DNA from: Octopus sinensis
Lineage: Eukaryota
Assembly: GCF_006345805.1 (NCBI RefSeq)
Contig: NC_043014.1
Span: 47,802,001-47,866,000, forward strand
Length of the DNA: 64,000 bases
Direction: 5' to 3'
Position 1 is the stretch's first letter, and every line of letters starts with the position of its first letter. Position numbers and translations under genes: made by a program. This document shows, piece after piece, positions 1-13,713 of this stretch. The notes under the pieces are model-generated. The model was not told where the DNA came from. It did not search any database and saw nothing but the letters and a program-made list of their open reading frames with translations.

Positions 1-125
1 AAAGTTAGGCATAGAGGCCCTGGTGTGAGAGGGTTAAACATTGGCAAAAGCTACCTGCAATAGACTTGTGAAGGGCATGGCACAGACCCTTACTCCAGAA
101 TAAACCATAACAGAATAAACAAATA

Positions 126-292
126 GGCGCAGGAGTGGCTGTGTGGTAAGTAGCTTGTTTACCAACCACATGGTTCCGGGTTCAGTCCCACTGCGTGGCA
201 CCTTGGGCAAGTGTCTTCTACTATATCCCCGGGCCGACCAAAGCCTTGTGAGTGGATTTGGTAGACGGAAACTGAAAGAAGCCCGTCGTATA

Positions 293-337
<45 letters not shown>

Positions 338-548
338 ATGTTTGTGTGTCTGTGTTTGTGCCCCTAGCATTGCTTGACAACAGATGCTGGTGTGTTTACG
401 TCCCCGTCACTTAGCGGTTTGGCAAAAGAGACCGATAGAATAAGTACTGGGCTTACAAAAGAATAAGTCCCGGGGTCGATTTGCTTGACTAAAGGCGGTG
501 CTCCAGCATGGCCGCAGTCAAATGACTGAAACAGGTAAAAGAGAGTAA
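126..548 (+). mobile_element. tRNA-derived SINE family A with internal (TA)n/(TG)n; other copies about 8816-9200(-), 14440-14700(-), 30390-30890(-), 43680-44050(+), 59765-60150(-), 61190-61330(-)
   Basis: Head GGCGCAGGAGTGGCTGTGTGG...GGTTCAGTCCC. Multiple near-identical dispersed copies. Confidence 0.85.
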
Positions 549-1474
549 AGAGAAACACAACAGCAAAGGAATTAAGCACCAACACCATAGATCTTCAAGA
601 TTTTGAAAATAGTCTTTATTTTTTTTTCTCTAAATATTGAAGATCCATGGTGTTGGTGCTTAACTATTTTTCCTTCTGTATGTGTATTGTCCAACTATTT
701 CGTTATGGTTTACTCCTGGGGAAAGGGGTGTGCCTCATTGTTCCCAGTTCTTTGCACACTGAAACCACTGAGTTGTGGTAAGTATTGTTTATTCAGGACA
801 CAAATGGCAACGCTACCAAAGAGGTGTCAATGCAAAGATATGCTGAGGCAAAGACAAACACACACATGCACACATATGAAAAGGAGCTGTGACATTGCCT
901 CCACAGGCCATCCAAGATCTGATAAGATGATAGCAAAAACTCTTTGAATAGGCTATGCAAACTGATCTTTGAACACTGAATCCGGTCCAAATACCCAGTA
1001 ACTGGGTTTGGCTTGGACAATACACAAGATTACTTATTTATACAAGATTCAGATATTTACCTTTCTATATTAGCCATTTTCTCAACTCTCATCCACCTTT
1101 CAATAAATCCACTTGAAGAGAGTAACTTCCTCTCCACTCCACCTTCCATGTCAAGGGAAATTTATAAACAAGAATCAATGAGGGCTCAACTGAAGAGGAA
1201 ACTGTCTGTCCCCAGGCCTTTCAACCTTATTCTCCACACAACTTCTTTTGCTATAGCCATCAGATAGGGAATTGGAGGCAATCATCCCAATGGTCTTGGC
1301 TGATAGTCAAATCCATCTCACATGCAATAGCAGCTGTTTGACATAACTTCACACGGCAGCAACACCCTAAACACAATGGCTGTAGTAGTAAACTCTGAAC
1401 TTATGACTATGCAGTCAGTAGTCCAGCACTTTAAGCAATGTTCCCCCAAATACAAGGAAATAGGAATGACTCAC

Positions 1475-1626
1475 GGGAACAGAGCATCTAATACACGCTG
1501 TCCGGTTAATAGTGGATAGTTGGCTGCAAGTTTATCTGCAGTTGGTCTAAGTTGTCTGACAGGCCACACTTGTAACATGGTATATTTTGTCTTCTCTCCG
1601 TCAAATTCAGTTTCCAATACAACATC
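1475..1626 (-). CDS. ATP6V1A: V-ATPase A coding exon 6 ([51 protein letters not shown]), 152 nt; the gene continues outside the window
   Basis: WPVR...[14 protein letters not shown] motif. Acceptor tttcag, donor CC|GTGAGT. The next exon (with the P-loop GAFGCGKT) was not found in 1-1474. Confidence 0.97.
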
Positions 1627-2602
1627 CTGAAAAGAGATGAAACCTACTATCAACATACATCCCCTTCAATATTAAATTAAAAAGCAATCAACATATCAAT
1701 TAAACAAATGTCTGCTACATATTTTTCTTCAGATTTCAAAGACCTTTCATCATCTTCGTCATCATCATTGTTTAACGTCCGCTTTCCATGCTAGCATGGG
1801 TTGGATGGTTCGACCGGGGTCTGGGAAGCCAGGAGGCTGCACCAGGCTCCAGTCTGATCTGGCAGTGTTTCTACAGCTGAATGCCCTTCCTAATGCCAAC
1901 CACTGCGTGAGTGTAGTGGGTGCTTTTTATGTGCCAGGCGAGGCTGGCAACGGCCACAATTGGTTGGTGCTTTTTACGTGCCACCGGTACGGAAGCCAGT
2001 CAAGGCGGCGCTGGCATCGGCCACGTTCAGATGGTGCATTTTACATGCCACCGGCACAGGTATCACAACTACAATTTCCATTTGATCTAAAGTATAAACA
2101 AATTTTTATGATAATGAATTCTTACTGAGATTTGGTATTTTAGAATGAAGTTGAGATATGCATGCCTTCTTTAAAGATCCCAGTGAAACAAGTGAAGTGG
2201 TTCCTAAATGGCCTTGAACCTAGATTATGGGGTCAAATACAACTCCCTGGAATTTGCTGTCAAATACTTTGGAACAGAGATTCTCACAAAGGCATGAACC
2301 TTCAGATTTCTGGAGTGAGAGCAATGGAAGATTGCAATGATGATGTCTTTCCCAAGAGCTTTACAGAGAGAAATGAAGTAATTCTAACAAGGATGTAGAA
2401 TCTTAGCTCACTAGAATTTATAAGCCCATGATATTAGCTGATATGTAGAAACATAGAAGAAATAATGAGAAAGTAGTGATGCAAAATGCCTTATATATAG
2501 ATTACCGAAGTACTGAAGATGTTATTGTCTACAGTGAAACAGTTTATAATAAGCTAAATGAATTGAGATTGTGAAGATAAAGTAATAAAGTCCGATACTT
2601 AC

Positions 2603-2740
2603 ACTGCAGTCATACATACCAGGCTCAGCAATATAAGTCACCTTGCCTTTTGAACGTGGAGGTAACATGAGTTTATGTTTGATCAATATATTTTCATATA
2701 TGACACCATAGATGTCACCACCTGTCACATGACTTCCAAA
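2603..2740 (-). CDS. ATP6V1A: V-ATPase A coding exon 5 ([46 protein letters not shown]), 138 nt
   Basis: Within ORF 2522..2773. Acceptor cttacag, donor GTAAGT, phase 0/0. Confidence 0.97.
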
Positions 2741-3166
2741 CTGTAAGAGAAAGAAAGTAGCATTATTCATCAATTAACAAAGTGATTTATTTAAATCTAG
2801 AAAAAAATTATAAGATGTTGTAGTGGTATAATACTATCACGGATGGTGCCACTGAGGTTAGGTTGCACAACATGCCTCCTCTTTGTAGCTATTTACAGCA
2901 GAGAATGCAAACCTTGTCTCTTATCTCAGCTATATTGACACAGCAAATTGTACAAGCTGTATCTCACACACCTACATCAGTATACCACACAAATTCAGGG
3001 ACACACACACACACACACATCAACATTACTGTGTCACACACACATGTCTAGTGACACACCCACATCCAGTTACACCGAAATCCAATAACTCACACATAAT
3101 TGCTACAACCCCGTGCAGCCACAGTCCCTTCCATACCCCACCCACACATCATCAGAGATGACCTAC

Positions 3167-3288
3167 CTTGACGTTTTGAGGTTCAAACTCCCACTTCTTG
3201 GAACGATCCAATGCAGGAGTATTGACACCTTTCGGAATGTAGATACTGTCGGTCAGATCAGAGATGTCCTCCAATGGACGTTGAATAC
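3167..3288 (-). CDS. ATP6V1A: V-ATPase A coding exon 4 ([41 protein letters not shown]), 122 nt
   Basis: Found by manual translation (not in the ORF track). GIQRPL...SIYIPKGV motif, acceptor ttttctag, donor AAG|GTAGGT. Confidence 0.95.
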
Positions 3289-6200
3289 CTAGAAAAGATT
3301 AGCAACAATTAGTAAAAAGTGGAAACTGGAATCCATTTTCGACATCTATTGTGATTTCAGATAAATGAAGATGAGAGCAGGGAGAACACTTTAATGAGGA
3401 TGAAAATTCCCTACCTAGAATAGGGGTGAAGATGGAGTGGGGGGAGGACATGATACAGAGTGGAGTGAGGGCATGGAGGTTCACTATTGAGATTGAATTA
3501 AAGATAATATTCCCAATAAAGTTGATGCACACTCTCAGAACATTTCATCAAAGAACATTTTACTTATTTAGGAACCAAGAGATAGGATTCTGTATCATCC
3601 CAGAAGCATTACATCATGTGTACCTATTTCTTTACTACCCACAAGAGGCTAAACACAGAGGGGACAAACAAGGACAGACAGACGGATTAAGTCGATTACA
3701 TCGACCCCAGTGCGTAACTGGTACTTATTTAATTGACCCCGAAAGGATGAAAGGCAAAGTCGACCTCGGCGGAATTTGAACTCAGAACGTAATGGCAGAT
3801 GAAATACCGCTAAGCATTTCACTCGGCGTGCTAACGTTTCTGCCAGCTCACCACCTTGTACCATCACGTAAGCACTACATCTTATACCAACTAATCACAA
3901 AAGATATCACTGGGACATTAACCTAAATGTATTTAGCAATACATCAATGATGCAACATTCCACAGTGCACAGCACTATGTAAAATTAAAGTGCCACATGA
4001 CCCATGCCACACAGCAGTAATGCACTGACATAGAATATACAGTTTCAATAAAATCTCTGCTATGATTATCAAACCAGTAATGGTATGCCACCCACTGTAG
4101 ATGTACCACAGCAGTTATGGTACCTTATACACTATAGATGTACCATAGCAGGTAGTGGATGAACAAGCAAGACTAAATGTTGAGGTATCTTTGTTGTCAT
4201 TTCTCCAGACACCTATTGTCCCAGATATATCCCATTCGTGAGAATTTTAAATGCTTCAGATGTTTCCATGCAGCAGTTGTTTTAAACATTCTAGAACTTA
4301 ATCTCAGCTTAAACTAAGCCAGTGAATAAACAGGAAAAAAAACCAGGTGTACAGCAGTTTTTTACAAAATATATTGGCTATTTCACAAAAGTGGTTTAAA
4401 CAGAAGAAAAACATTTTTTTAAAATTATATATTTCAAGAAATCTCTGAGATTTCTGTACACAATGTATGAAAAAATAATCAATTTTCTAATGACAGTATC
4501 TAAGGTAAGTTTTGTTGACAGAATACTTTAGAAATGTTTGTCAAAGTAGGTGTGCGCTAGAAGCAATAATCCAACTGACCTTTCTAAAATTACAACTGCA
4601 TACTCTAACAACTGAAGGAATTTTTTGATCTTATCTAAATTCAATTTTTACAGTTTAACTATGAGTAAACAAAATAAATATTTTAATGATTTTTTAAATA
4701 TTTTTTTTATTTTTGTGTTGCAGCAAACATGGAAATAATGCTTAAAACAAAGTGAAAGATAATCAGGAATTTTTTAAATAAACAATTTTCTAGATGTTCA
4801 GTTGTGAAGTAAAAAAGTGTCATATGACAGATTCTATTTACTAAAACTGCACTCACAGTAAGAATAAAGGGAATTCTAGGACAGCTTTTATTAGCATAAA
4901 GAAAAGAAGTCACAACGTTCTAGCTCTTCTATTTCATGAATTGGGTGAACTTGAGAAGAATGAGGGCAAATTTAGTAAGAAGTAGGGACAAAATTGAGGA
5001 GTGTGAAATGATGAAAACAAGGCAAATTTAACAATAAGACAAAATTGGTGACAAAATGTAAAATATAAGTTGGCTTTGATAGAAATGAAATTCTTAGATA
5101 TTTCACATACACACACATGCACACAAATACACACACATATAGTTTATTTAGGCTGTTATTTAGTAACAGTGGCCTGCTAACTTGGAGTTTCTGCAATGTG
5201 ATGCTGGTTCCTCAAACAGGCAGAGATAGGATATATTTCTTTATTGCCCACAAGGGGCTAAACATAGAGGGGACAAACAAGGACAGACAAATGGATTAAA
5301 TCGATTACATCGACCCCAGTGCGTAACTGGTACTTAATTTATCGACCCCGAAGGGATGAAAGGCAAAGTCGACCTTGGCGGAATTTGAACTCAGAACGTA
5401 GCGACAGACGAAATACCGCTAAGCATTTTGCCCGGTGTGCTAACGTTTCTGCCAGCTCGCTGCAGAGATAGGATAATGGATAAAGACACATCATTGTGAC
5501 ACTGGAGAGTCAGGACCAAAGCCACCCAACCAGCATTATAGGTCCCCAGGCAAATCAACAAACAGGATCCTTTAGTATTTATTTATTTATTGACAGCAAG
5601 CCACAAAATACATAGATCAGAATTTGGACCCTAGACCCATGAGGCCCCTGGGCAACTGCCCAGTGTACCCTTGCCTTAAGACAGCCCTGACTGGGACAGA
5701 TGACAGGCGAAGAAAGAAACAGAGGGTAAGGGGGGGTGTTAGCAAGTGCACACATGCACACAGGCAGAGCACGCCAAAACAGAAAAGAAAAATGAGGTTG
5801 GTAATGTGGAAATATCTATTACAAACAGTTTGCATAGTTAAACAACTGAATCAGATACCAATGAAATCTTTACAATAATCCAACATATTACTGTGGGTGA
5901 TAAGGTCAACTTGTATCCTATGTGAAGACAACATGTCTACCACTCACCTACAAAAAGGTGGTGGATGGTTCAACTTCATCTAAAAAACAGTGTAGGTCTG
6001 GATAATTCAAGTTACAAGTTTTGTTGGAGTTCTAAGTTTAAATCCAGCCAATAAATCCAGAATGGTTATCATATAAATGATAACCGTTTGGATAATAGTT
6101 AATATATTACCAGGAATGCTACATAATATTCGATCACCCACCTAGCATCATTATAGACCTCAACACTATATTGAGTACATCTACCAAGAAAGGCTGGTAG

Positions 6201-6529
6201 CTTCCCCAGAAAGCTCTCCATTCACTACAAACTGGATTAATACCTTATTGTCACATAGGATATCTCTTACACAGGGGTTTCCCCATTACCACCCACATCA
6301 CTCACCATACTAGCAACCAACTACTACCATCACCACCATCACTACTAGCCACAAGTAAAGACATGTTAATATAATACATTGTATTAAGGTGGAAAGCTGG
6401 TAGAATGCTTAATGGCTTTTCAGTCATCTTCATATCCTGAGTTCAAATTCCGCCGGGATCGACTTTATTTTTCATCCTTTTGGGGTCAATAAAATAAATA
6501 TCAGTTGAGTATTGGGGCCAATGCAATCA

Positions 6530-7585
<1,056 letters not shown>

Positions 7586-7699
7586 TCAGAGAAAAGACCC
7601 TGTTCAATATGCAGAAAAGGAGTCGGGATAAACTCCATATGCTGCACCCAATGTACGCTATGAACACTCATGATGATGATCGCAAAGTAATGACTACTT

Positions 7700-8310
7700 T
7701 CCCGAACATCATTTGTGGTTATGTGACTTCTGATCACTATGTAGTCCGATTCTGTAGAGACAGATACGTCCGCAGGTGGAGCATGCAAAGCCTTGCAGCT
7801 GTTGACTTCCAGGGTTCTTGCATGTGCTGCCAGGCACAGTATGCCACATCAATCTGCAGTAGATCTTCTTGGAGTTTGGTGGTGCCAGTCTTGCATGTTC
7901 ACACCAGTTAGTGTGATCTGCAGCCATTGATTCGAGACTGTCGGGAGGGATAAGACACTTTTTCAGCATTGCCTTCAGGTGATCTTTAAAGCACTTGTGC
8001 TGGCCACCGACAGAGCATCTTCTATCTTCAAGTTTGCCGTATACAACAAGGTGAGGCAATCAATTTGAAGGCATTCGAATGACATGCTCTGTCCTTCTGA
8101 GTTGGCAATTAGCAATTGTTACCTCCAATGGCTGGCTGTTTGTTCAGCCACGTATCTCAGCTTGAGGGACACTGTTCCACCAGTGTAAGCCAAGGAGTTG
8201 TTGAAGGCGAGAAATATGAAACTGTTCAAGCATCTTGATATGATGCTGGTAGGGCATCCAAGACTCGCAGCCATATAGCACAACTGAGACACAAACAGCA
8301 TTGTAGACAG
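7700..8310 (-). mobile_element. RTE/BovB-like LINE 3' fragment with a C2H2-like end (CSTCGRIC...GL.S..K.H)
   Basis: ORFs 7709..8059 and 8119..8427, degenerate. Confidence 0.65.
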
Positions 8311-9490
8311 CCACTCTTGTTCTAATGTTGATGTTTTTGTTGAGAAGGACGCGAGTACTCGGTCAATCAAATGCAGCAGAGGCAAGACCAATGAACACAC
8401 CAGATGTAGTGATTCAAAGGGAGACATTCAGAGAACATAAGTTTCATCTGCAACAGATGCACTGGATAGTACATACAATGCGCACACCAGAAACATACTC
8501 CCTTAAATGCACAGATGGCTCCCTAGTAGTTGATAGCTTTTGTTACCTGAGAGGTATAATTAGCAAGGGAGGTGGTTGCTCTTGAAGTATAGTAGCCAGA
8601 GTAAAAACAGGCTGGAGAAAGTTCAGGAATCTACTATCACTGCTAACAACAAAGACTTTTTCCCTAAGAGTGAAAGGCAGATTGTATGACACTTGTGTTA
8701 GAGCTACAATGCTGCATAGTAGTGAGACAAGGGCTTTAAATGGAAAGAAATGAAGCAAGCTACTGAGACATGGGCGTTAAATGGAAAAAAAGGAAGCAAG
8801 CAAAATCCATTGGATACTCTTTACTCTTTTACTCATTTCAGTCATTTGACTGCGGCCATGCTGGAGCACCGCCTTTAGTCGATCAAATTGACCCCATGAC
8901 TTATTTGTTGTAAGCCTAGTACTTATTCTATCGGTCTCTTTTGCCGAACCGCTAAGTTACACGGACCTAAACATACCAGCATCAGTTGTCAAGCGATGTT
9001 GGGGCAACAAACACAAACACACATCTACATATACACAATGGGCTTCTTTCAGTTTCCATCTACCAAATCCACTCACAAGGCTTTGGTCAGCCCGAGGCTA
9101 TAGTAGAAGACACTTGCCCAAAGTGCCACGCAATAGGACTGAACCCAGGACCATGTGGTTGGTAAGCAAGCTACTTACCACACAGCCGCTCCTGCGCCTA
9201 TGTGCAATGTAAGTGTACATGAAAGACTTGGTACAAAAGTGCTGAGAGAAAAACTAGGCATAAGAGAAAACAGACGTAGTGTATACGAAAGGCATTTGTG
9301 CTGATATTGATATGTGATGCGTGTGGATAAGGACAGCTGTCTGAAAGAAGTGCTGATCACTTTACGAGAATGGAGCTTGTGAAAGAAGGAGACCCATGGA
9401 GACATTGGACAAAGGAGTGAAGGCTGATCTTAGGATCTCAAACCTCATTGCAGTGATGACAAAAGACCAGGATGATTGGTGATAAGTAGA
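8310..9490 (+). mobile_element. Degenerate RTE LINE RT/C-terminal fragment interrupted by a SINE A copy; related fragments about 7540-7670(-) and 48560-48920(-)
   Basis: VDSFCYL...GGC, KGRLYDTCVRATMLHSSET, and RNSI.CTQCKLW..KRCS remnants. Confidence 0.7.
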
Positions 9491-10748
9491 TAAGTAGTTC
9501 TTGAAATCTGCTCATCTTGGCAAAACAGAGCTCCGATAGAGCTGGATGGGGGGGGGGGGGGGGGGGCTTCAGTCAATTTTGTCCCTCCTCAAGATACCCC
9601 TACTACCCATCATTTCTATAACAGTAGTTCTCCCTTGATAGCACTTACTTTCCTTACAACCCTGAACCATTTCACCTGTTATCTGCCCATCATCCATTAA
9701 TGCTATTCTCTCGACTGACACTTTCATTGATCACCACCCTCCTACTGAGCCACCAAATCATCTCTCCTCTTCCCCCCCCTCCACACATATCTCAAGCTCC
9801 TCATGCATTATGCTGCCTGCCTTTTTTCCCCCACCCATTCCTGCATCCTATCCAACATCATCCTTCTCTTGTTCATCTTCTCTCTACAGTTTCATCATTA
9901 ATATTCTGCTGTCCCACACTGTTAGTCATCTCCAACTCCAAACAGCATCTCATCTAAGCTGATTCTTATCCTAATTAATTGCAATCAGACTCTTCCTGTT
10001 ACTTTCCTAACTTGGTCCATTAGTTTGATATTCAGTAGTTGCTTCTTTCTAGAGCAACTCCTTTCTTCTTGCAGCAGTTAAGATATTAGTCATTGTATGA
10101 CATCATCATCGTTTAATGTCCGTTCTCCATGCTAACATGGGTTGGACGGTTCGACCGGGGATCTGGGAAGCCAGGAGGCTGCACCAGGCTCCAGTCTGAT
10201 CTGGCAATGTTTCTACAGCTGGATGCCCTTCCTAATGCCAACCACTGTGTGAGTGTAGTGGGTGCTTTTTACGTGCCACCTGCACAGGTGCCAGGCAAGG
10301 CTAGCAATGGCCACGATCGGATTAGTGCATTTTACGTGCCACCGGCACGGAAGCCAGTCTAGGCGGCGCTGGCATCGGCCACGTTCAGATGGTGCTTTTA
10401 CGTGCCACCGTCTCAGGGAACACAACTGCAGTTTCCATTGATTTTGATGTTGGTGTACTTGACTCAATGGATCTCCTCAAGCACAGGGTCGAAATGGTGT
10501 TTCTTCACTTGCCACCTGCACTGGAGTCAGTCCAGCGGTCTACCCACAAGGGGATAAACACAGAGGGGACAAACAAGGACAGACAAACGGATTAAGTCAA
10601 TTATATCGACCCCAGTGTGTAACTGGTACTTAATTTATCGACCCCGAAAGGATGAAAGGCAAAGTCGACCTCGGCAGAATTTGAAATATCTGCCTATATT
10701 ACTTGGTTAACTATATAGACATGTATGCATGTATGTGTGTGTGTATAT

Positions 10749-10790
<42 letters not shown>

Positions 10791-11170
10791 CATCTATCAG
10801 TGCTTACATTAACTAGGATAAACTTATGTTCTCCTTATGTCAAAGCTTGTTATTCACCAAAGATCAATAAGTACCAAATATGTCCTGGGAGAGGATGGGG
10901 TCAATATGAGTGACTAAAACCCAACACAGTTGCAATGCAATGACTGACACTAGTAAAATAATAATAATAAAGGCACAAGGCCTAAAATTTTGGAAGAGTG
11001 GACTAATCGATTACATCAACTCCAGTACTCAGCTGGTACTTAATTTATTGACCCCAAAAATATGAAAGGCAAAGTCAAACTCGGTGGAGTCTGAACTCAG
11101 AACGTAAAGACAGACAAGATACCACTAAGCAATTTGCTCGGCAAGCTAACAATTCTGCCAACTTGCCACC

Positions 11171-11209
<39 letters not shown>

Positions 11210-11386
11210 TATATCGTTAGCCACTACACACATTTTTTTCTCTCCTTGTTTTCTGTGTCCCTTTCTGTAGAAGAGCGTAGGCTCGAAACGTAAAAGACTT
11301 TTTCTATTCCTGAGCGTTATACTAATACATCTGTTTGTTTTGTACACCACCTGTCTTCGTCTTCTGTTTTTTTCATAAACTCTCCC

Positions 11387-11390
<4 letters not shown>
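11210..11390 (+). mobile_element. Short non-autonomous element with a degenerate hammerhead (CTTT-CTGTAGAA-GAGC GTAG GCTC-GAAA-CG-TA-AAAG at 11261-11296); sister copy at about 56950-57140
   Basis: Two homologous copies. Stems I and II and a palindromic ACGT stem III are present, but the core deviates (A6->U plus an extra A). Confidence 0.5.
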
Positions 11391-11456
<66 letters not shown>

Positions 11457-11685
11457 TTTGGGGATTGTTTTACATCTTTCTGTTCACATGAGTGAGATGG
11501 TTTACTTATTGAAGGGATAAAGGCACTATCCACTTGACTGTGAAATTGGAGATGAGCCCCTGTTTGTTCAGTCAGACACATTGGATTAAGTAGTATAAGA
11601 TGCTTTGCCAAGAGACAACAGATTGCCTGAGGTCAAATTTGAACTTGGACAGTTCAACTTCACCACCATTGTACCTCATGTTTAA

Positions 11686-11906
11686 CCCTTTCGTTACCAA
11701 CCCGGCTGAAACCGGCTCTAGCTCTGAATACAAATGTCTTGTTTTCATAAGTTTTTAATTAAAATCTTCCACCAAACCTTAGCCACAATTTATGTTCCTA
11801 ACACTAGCTGAATTATGACTAAGTTATTTTACTAAATTCTTTGTTATATTTAAAATTAATTGAAAGGAACACAGAACATCTCAAAATAAATACGGTAATG
11901 AAAGGG
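11686..11906. mobile_element. TTAA-flanked ~220-bp MITE family 1 (piggyBac type); other copies 19881-20091, 31158-31377, 56698-56917, 58211-58430
   Basis: TTAA|CCCTTT...AAAGGG|TTAA with near-identical internal sequence, in both orientations. Confidence 0.85.
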
Positions 11907-12040
11907 TTAAACAACAGTAAAATACTACTTCATAGTATTACTAATAGCTGCCCTATTGACTGCTACTTTATTACAATATACTATAAGGCTAACATACTAT
12001 AAATTGTGTAATATGGTATAGGACTGTATTATTACAAGGC

Positions 12041-12430
12041 TGGAGGCGCAATGGCCCAGTGGTTAGGGCAGCGGACTTGCGGTCGTAGGATCGCGGTTTC
12101 GATTCCCAGACCGGGCGTTGTGAGTGTTTATTGAGCGAAAACACCTAAAGCTTCGCGAGGCTCCGGCAGTGGGTGGTGGCAATCCCTGCTGTACTCTTTT
12201 GCCACAACTTTCTCTCACTCTTACTTCCTGTTTCAGTTGTACCTGTATTTCAAAGGGCCGGCCTTGTCACTCTCTGTGTCACGCTGAATATCCCCGAGAA
12301 CTACATTAAGCGTACACGTGTCTGTGGAGTGCTCAGCCACTTACACGTTAATTTCACGAGCAAGCTGTTCCGTTGATCGGATCAACCGAAACCCTCATCG
12401 TCGTAACCGACGGAGTGCTTCCAAAAAAAA
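12041..12430 (+). mobile_element. Full-length tRNA-derived SINE family C with A-tail and 11-bp TSD (ATTACAAGGCT); related copies 52666-53054 (-, TSD TTTAGATATACA), about 28925-29250, 30950-31470, 56290-56590
   Basis: A box TGGCCCAGTGG, B box GGTTTCGATTCCC. TSD at 12030-12040 and 12431-12441. Confidence 0.88.
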
Positions 12431-13471
12431 ATTACAAGGCTAGCATGGATGGCTATTACAAAATGTACAACAGGGTTACCATTGATGCTGATTGCTTAAT
12501 ATATTGCAGAGCTAACATTAGCTATAACCGGCTAAAATATAGCAAAGGGTTAACTGTGACAGATCTAGTTATCAAAGATAGGGCTAACACCAGTATTGTT
12601 GTCTAATTAGGTCAACGACAACTGTTATCAAATTAGGTCAACAGTCACTGTTCTACTGTTGGTAATATTGGGCTAACATGTGACTGTTTGCGTAAGGTGA
12701 CTATACTGTATTCTGTTGTCTCTCGGGTTAACAGTTTACATATTCCATTATCGTACATTACAGGAAAGTAATGGGAAAACCGTAGGAGTGGTTGAAATAG
12801 CAAAGAGTTTGTTGGAAATATTATGAAGACGATCCTCAAACATATTTATATCCTGTTAACTTTTTATGTTGAAGCAAACAACACTTGTTTGTATGACCCT
12901 AACACTAAGGTTCAGCAACTAACAAATACTGTCTGGAATTTTGATTTTTAACAATAAAATCTGTTGTCAGTGAACTAATTTTGCAGTGGCTGGTAAAACT
13001 GTTTAACAACTACTACTATTATCATCACTACTACACAGAATTTAAATAAATCAAGGAAAAACAAGTGGATTTTTTTTTTATATAAAAATAACACTTTTTC
13101 TCAAATTCTATTTAGATTTTAATAACGTTGTTTTCTCCCAAATTACATTTAGATTTAGTTTTTGCCTAAACAAATAACTACTTTTAAGTAAAAAGATACA
13201 TTATATATATATATATCATATTATATTAAATTAGAGATAAAACCACTATTAGGCAAATCAAACAGTGAAAACCATAAGCCAATACATAAAATTAATTTAA
13301 ATAATTTAAACTTATAAATTTTAAATATATATATACAAATATATATATATATATGTATGTATGTATATTTTTATATTTATATATAATTTTATTTATTAAT
13401 TAATTAATTAATTTTTTTTTTTAATATAAATATCAAAATAAATATCAAAAGTTTAATAAAAGATAAAGAGA

Positions 13472-13535
<64 letters not shown>

Positions 13536-13675
13536 CGACCTCGAACCCACAAGAGTAAACAAGAGAGACAGAGAAAGGCAGAAACAAGGAAAATGCCACT
13601 TATATTTGAACACCATACAAATATTCTTTTAAAAAAACTTTTCTTTTAATTTTTCTAAATTTAATTATTTAATTG

Positions 13676-13713
13676 TTAGTTGAAAAGGTCTCAATGACTG
13701 AAACCGGTACTGA
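13676..13713 (+). ncRNA. Minimal type I hammerhead with U3-A8 core variant
   Basis: TTAG-TTGAAAA-GGTC TCAAT GACT-GAAA-CCGG-TA-CTGA. Stem I UUAG/CUGA, stem II 4 bp, stem III ACCGGU, GUA site. Confidence 0.55.

Noticed and set aside
12041-12115. Possible tRNA genes at SINE heads
   Set aside because: A/B boxes continue into SINE bodies present in many copies, and no complete cloverleaf is evident.
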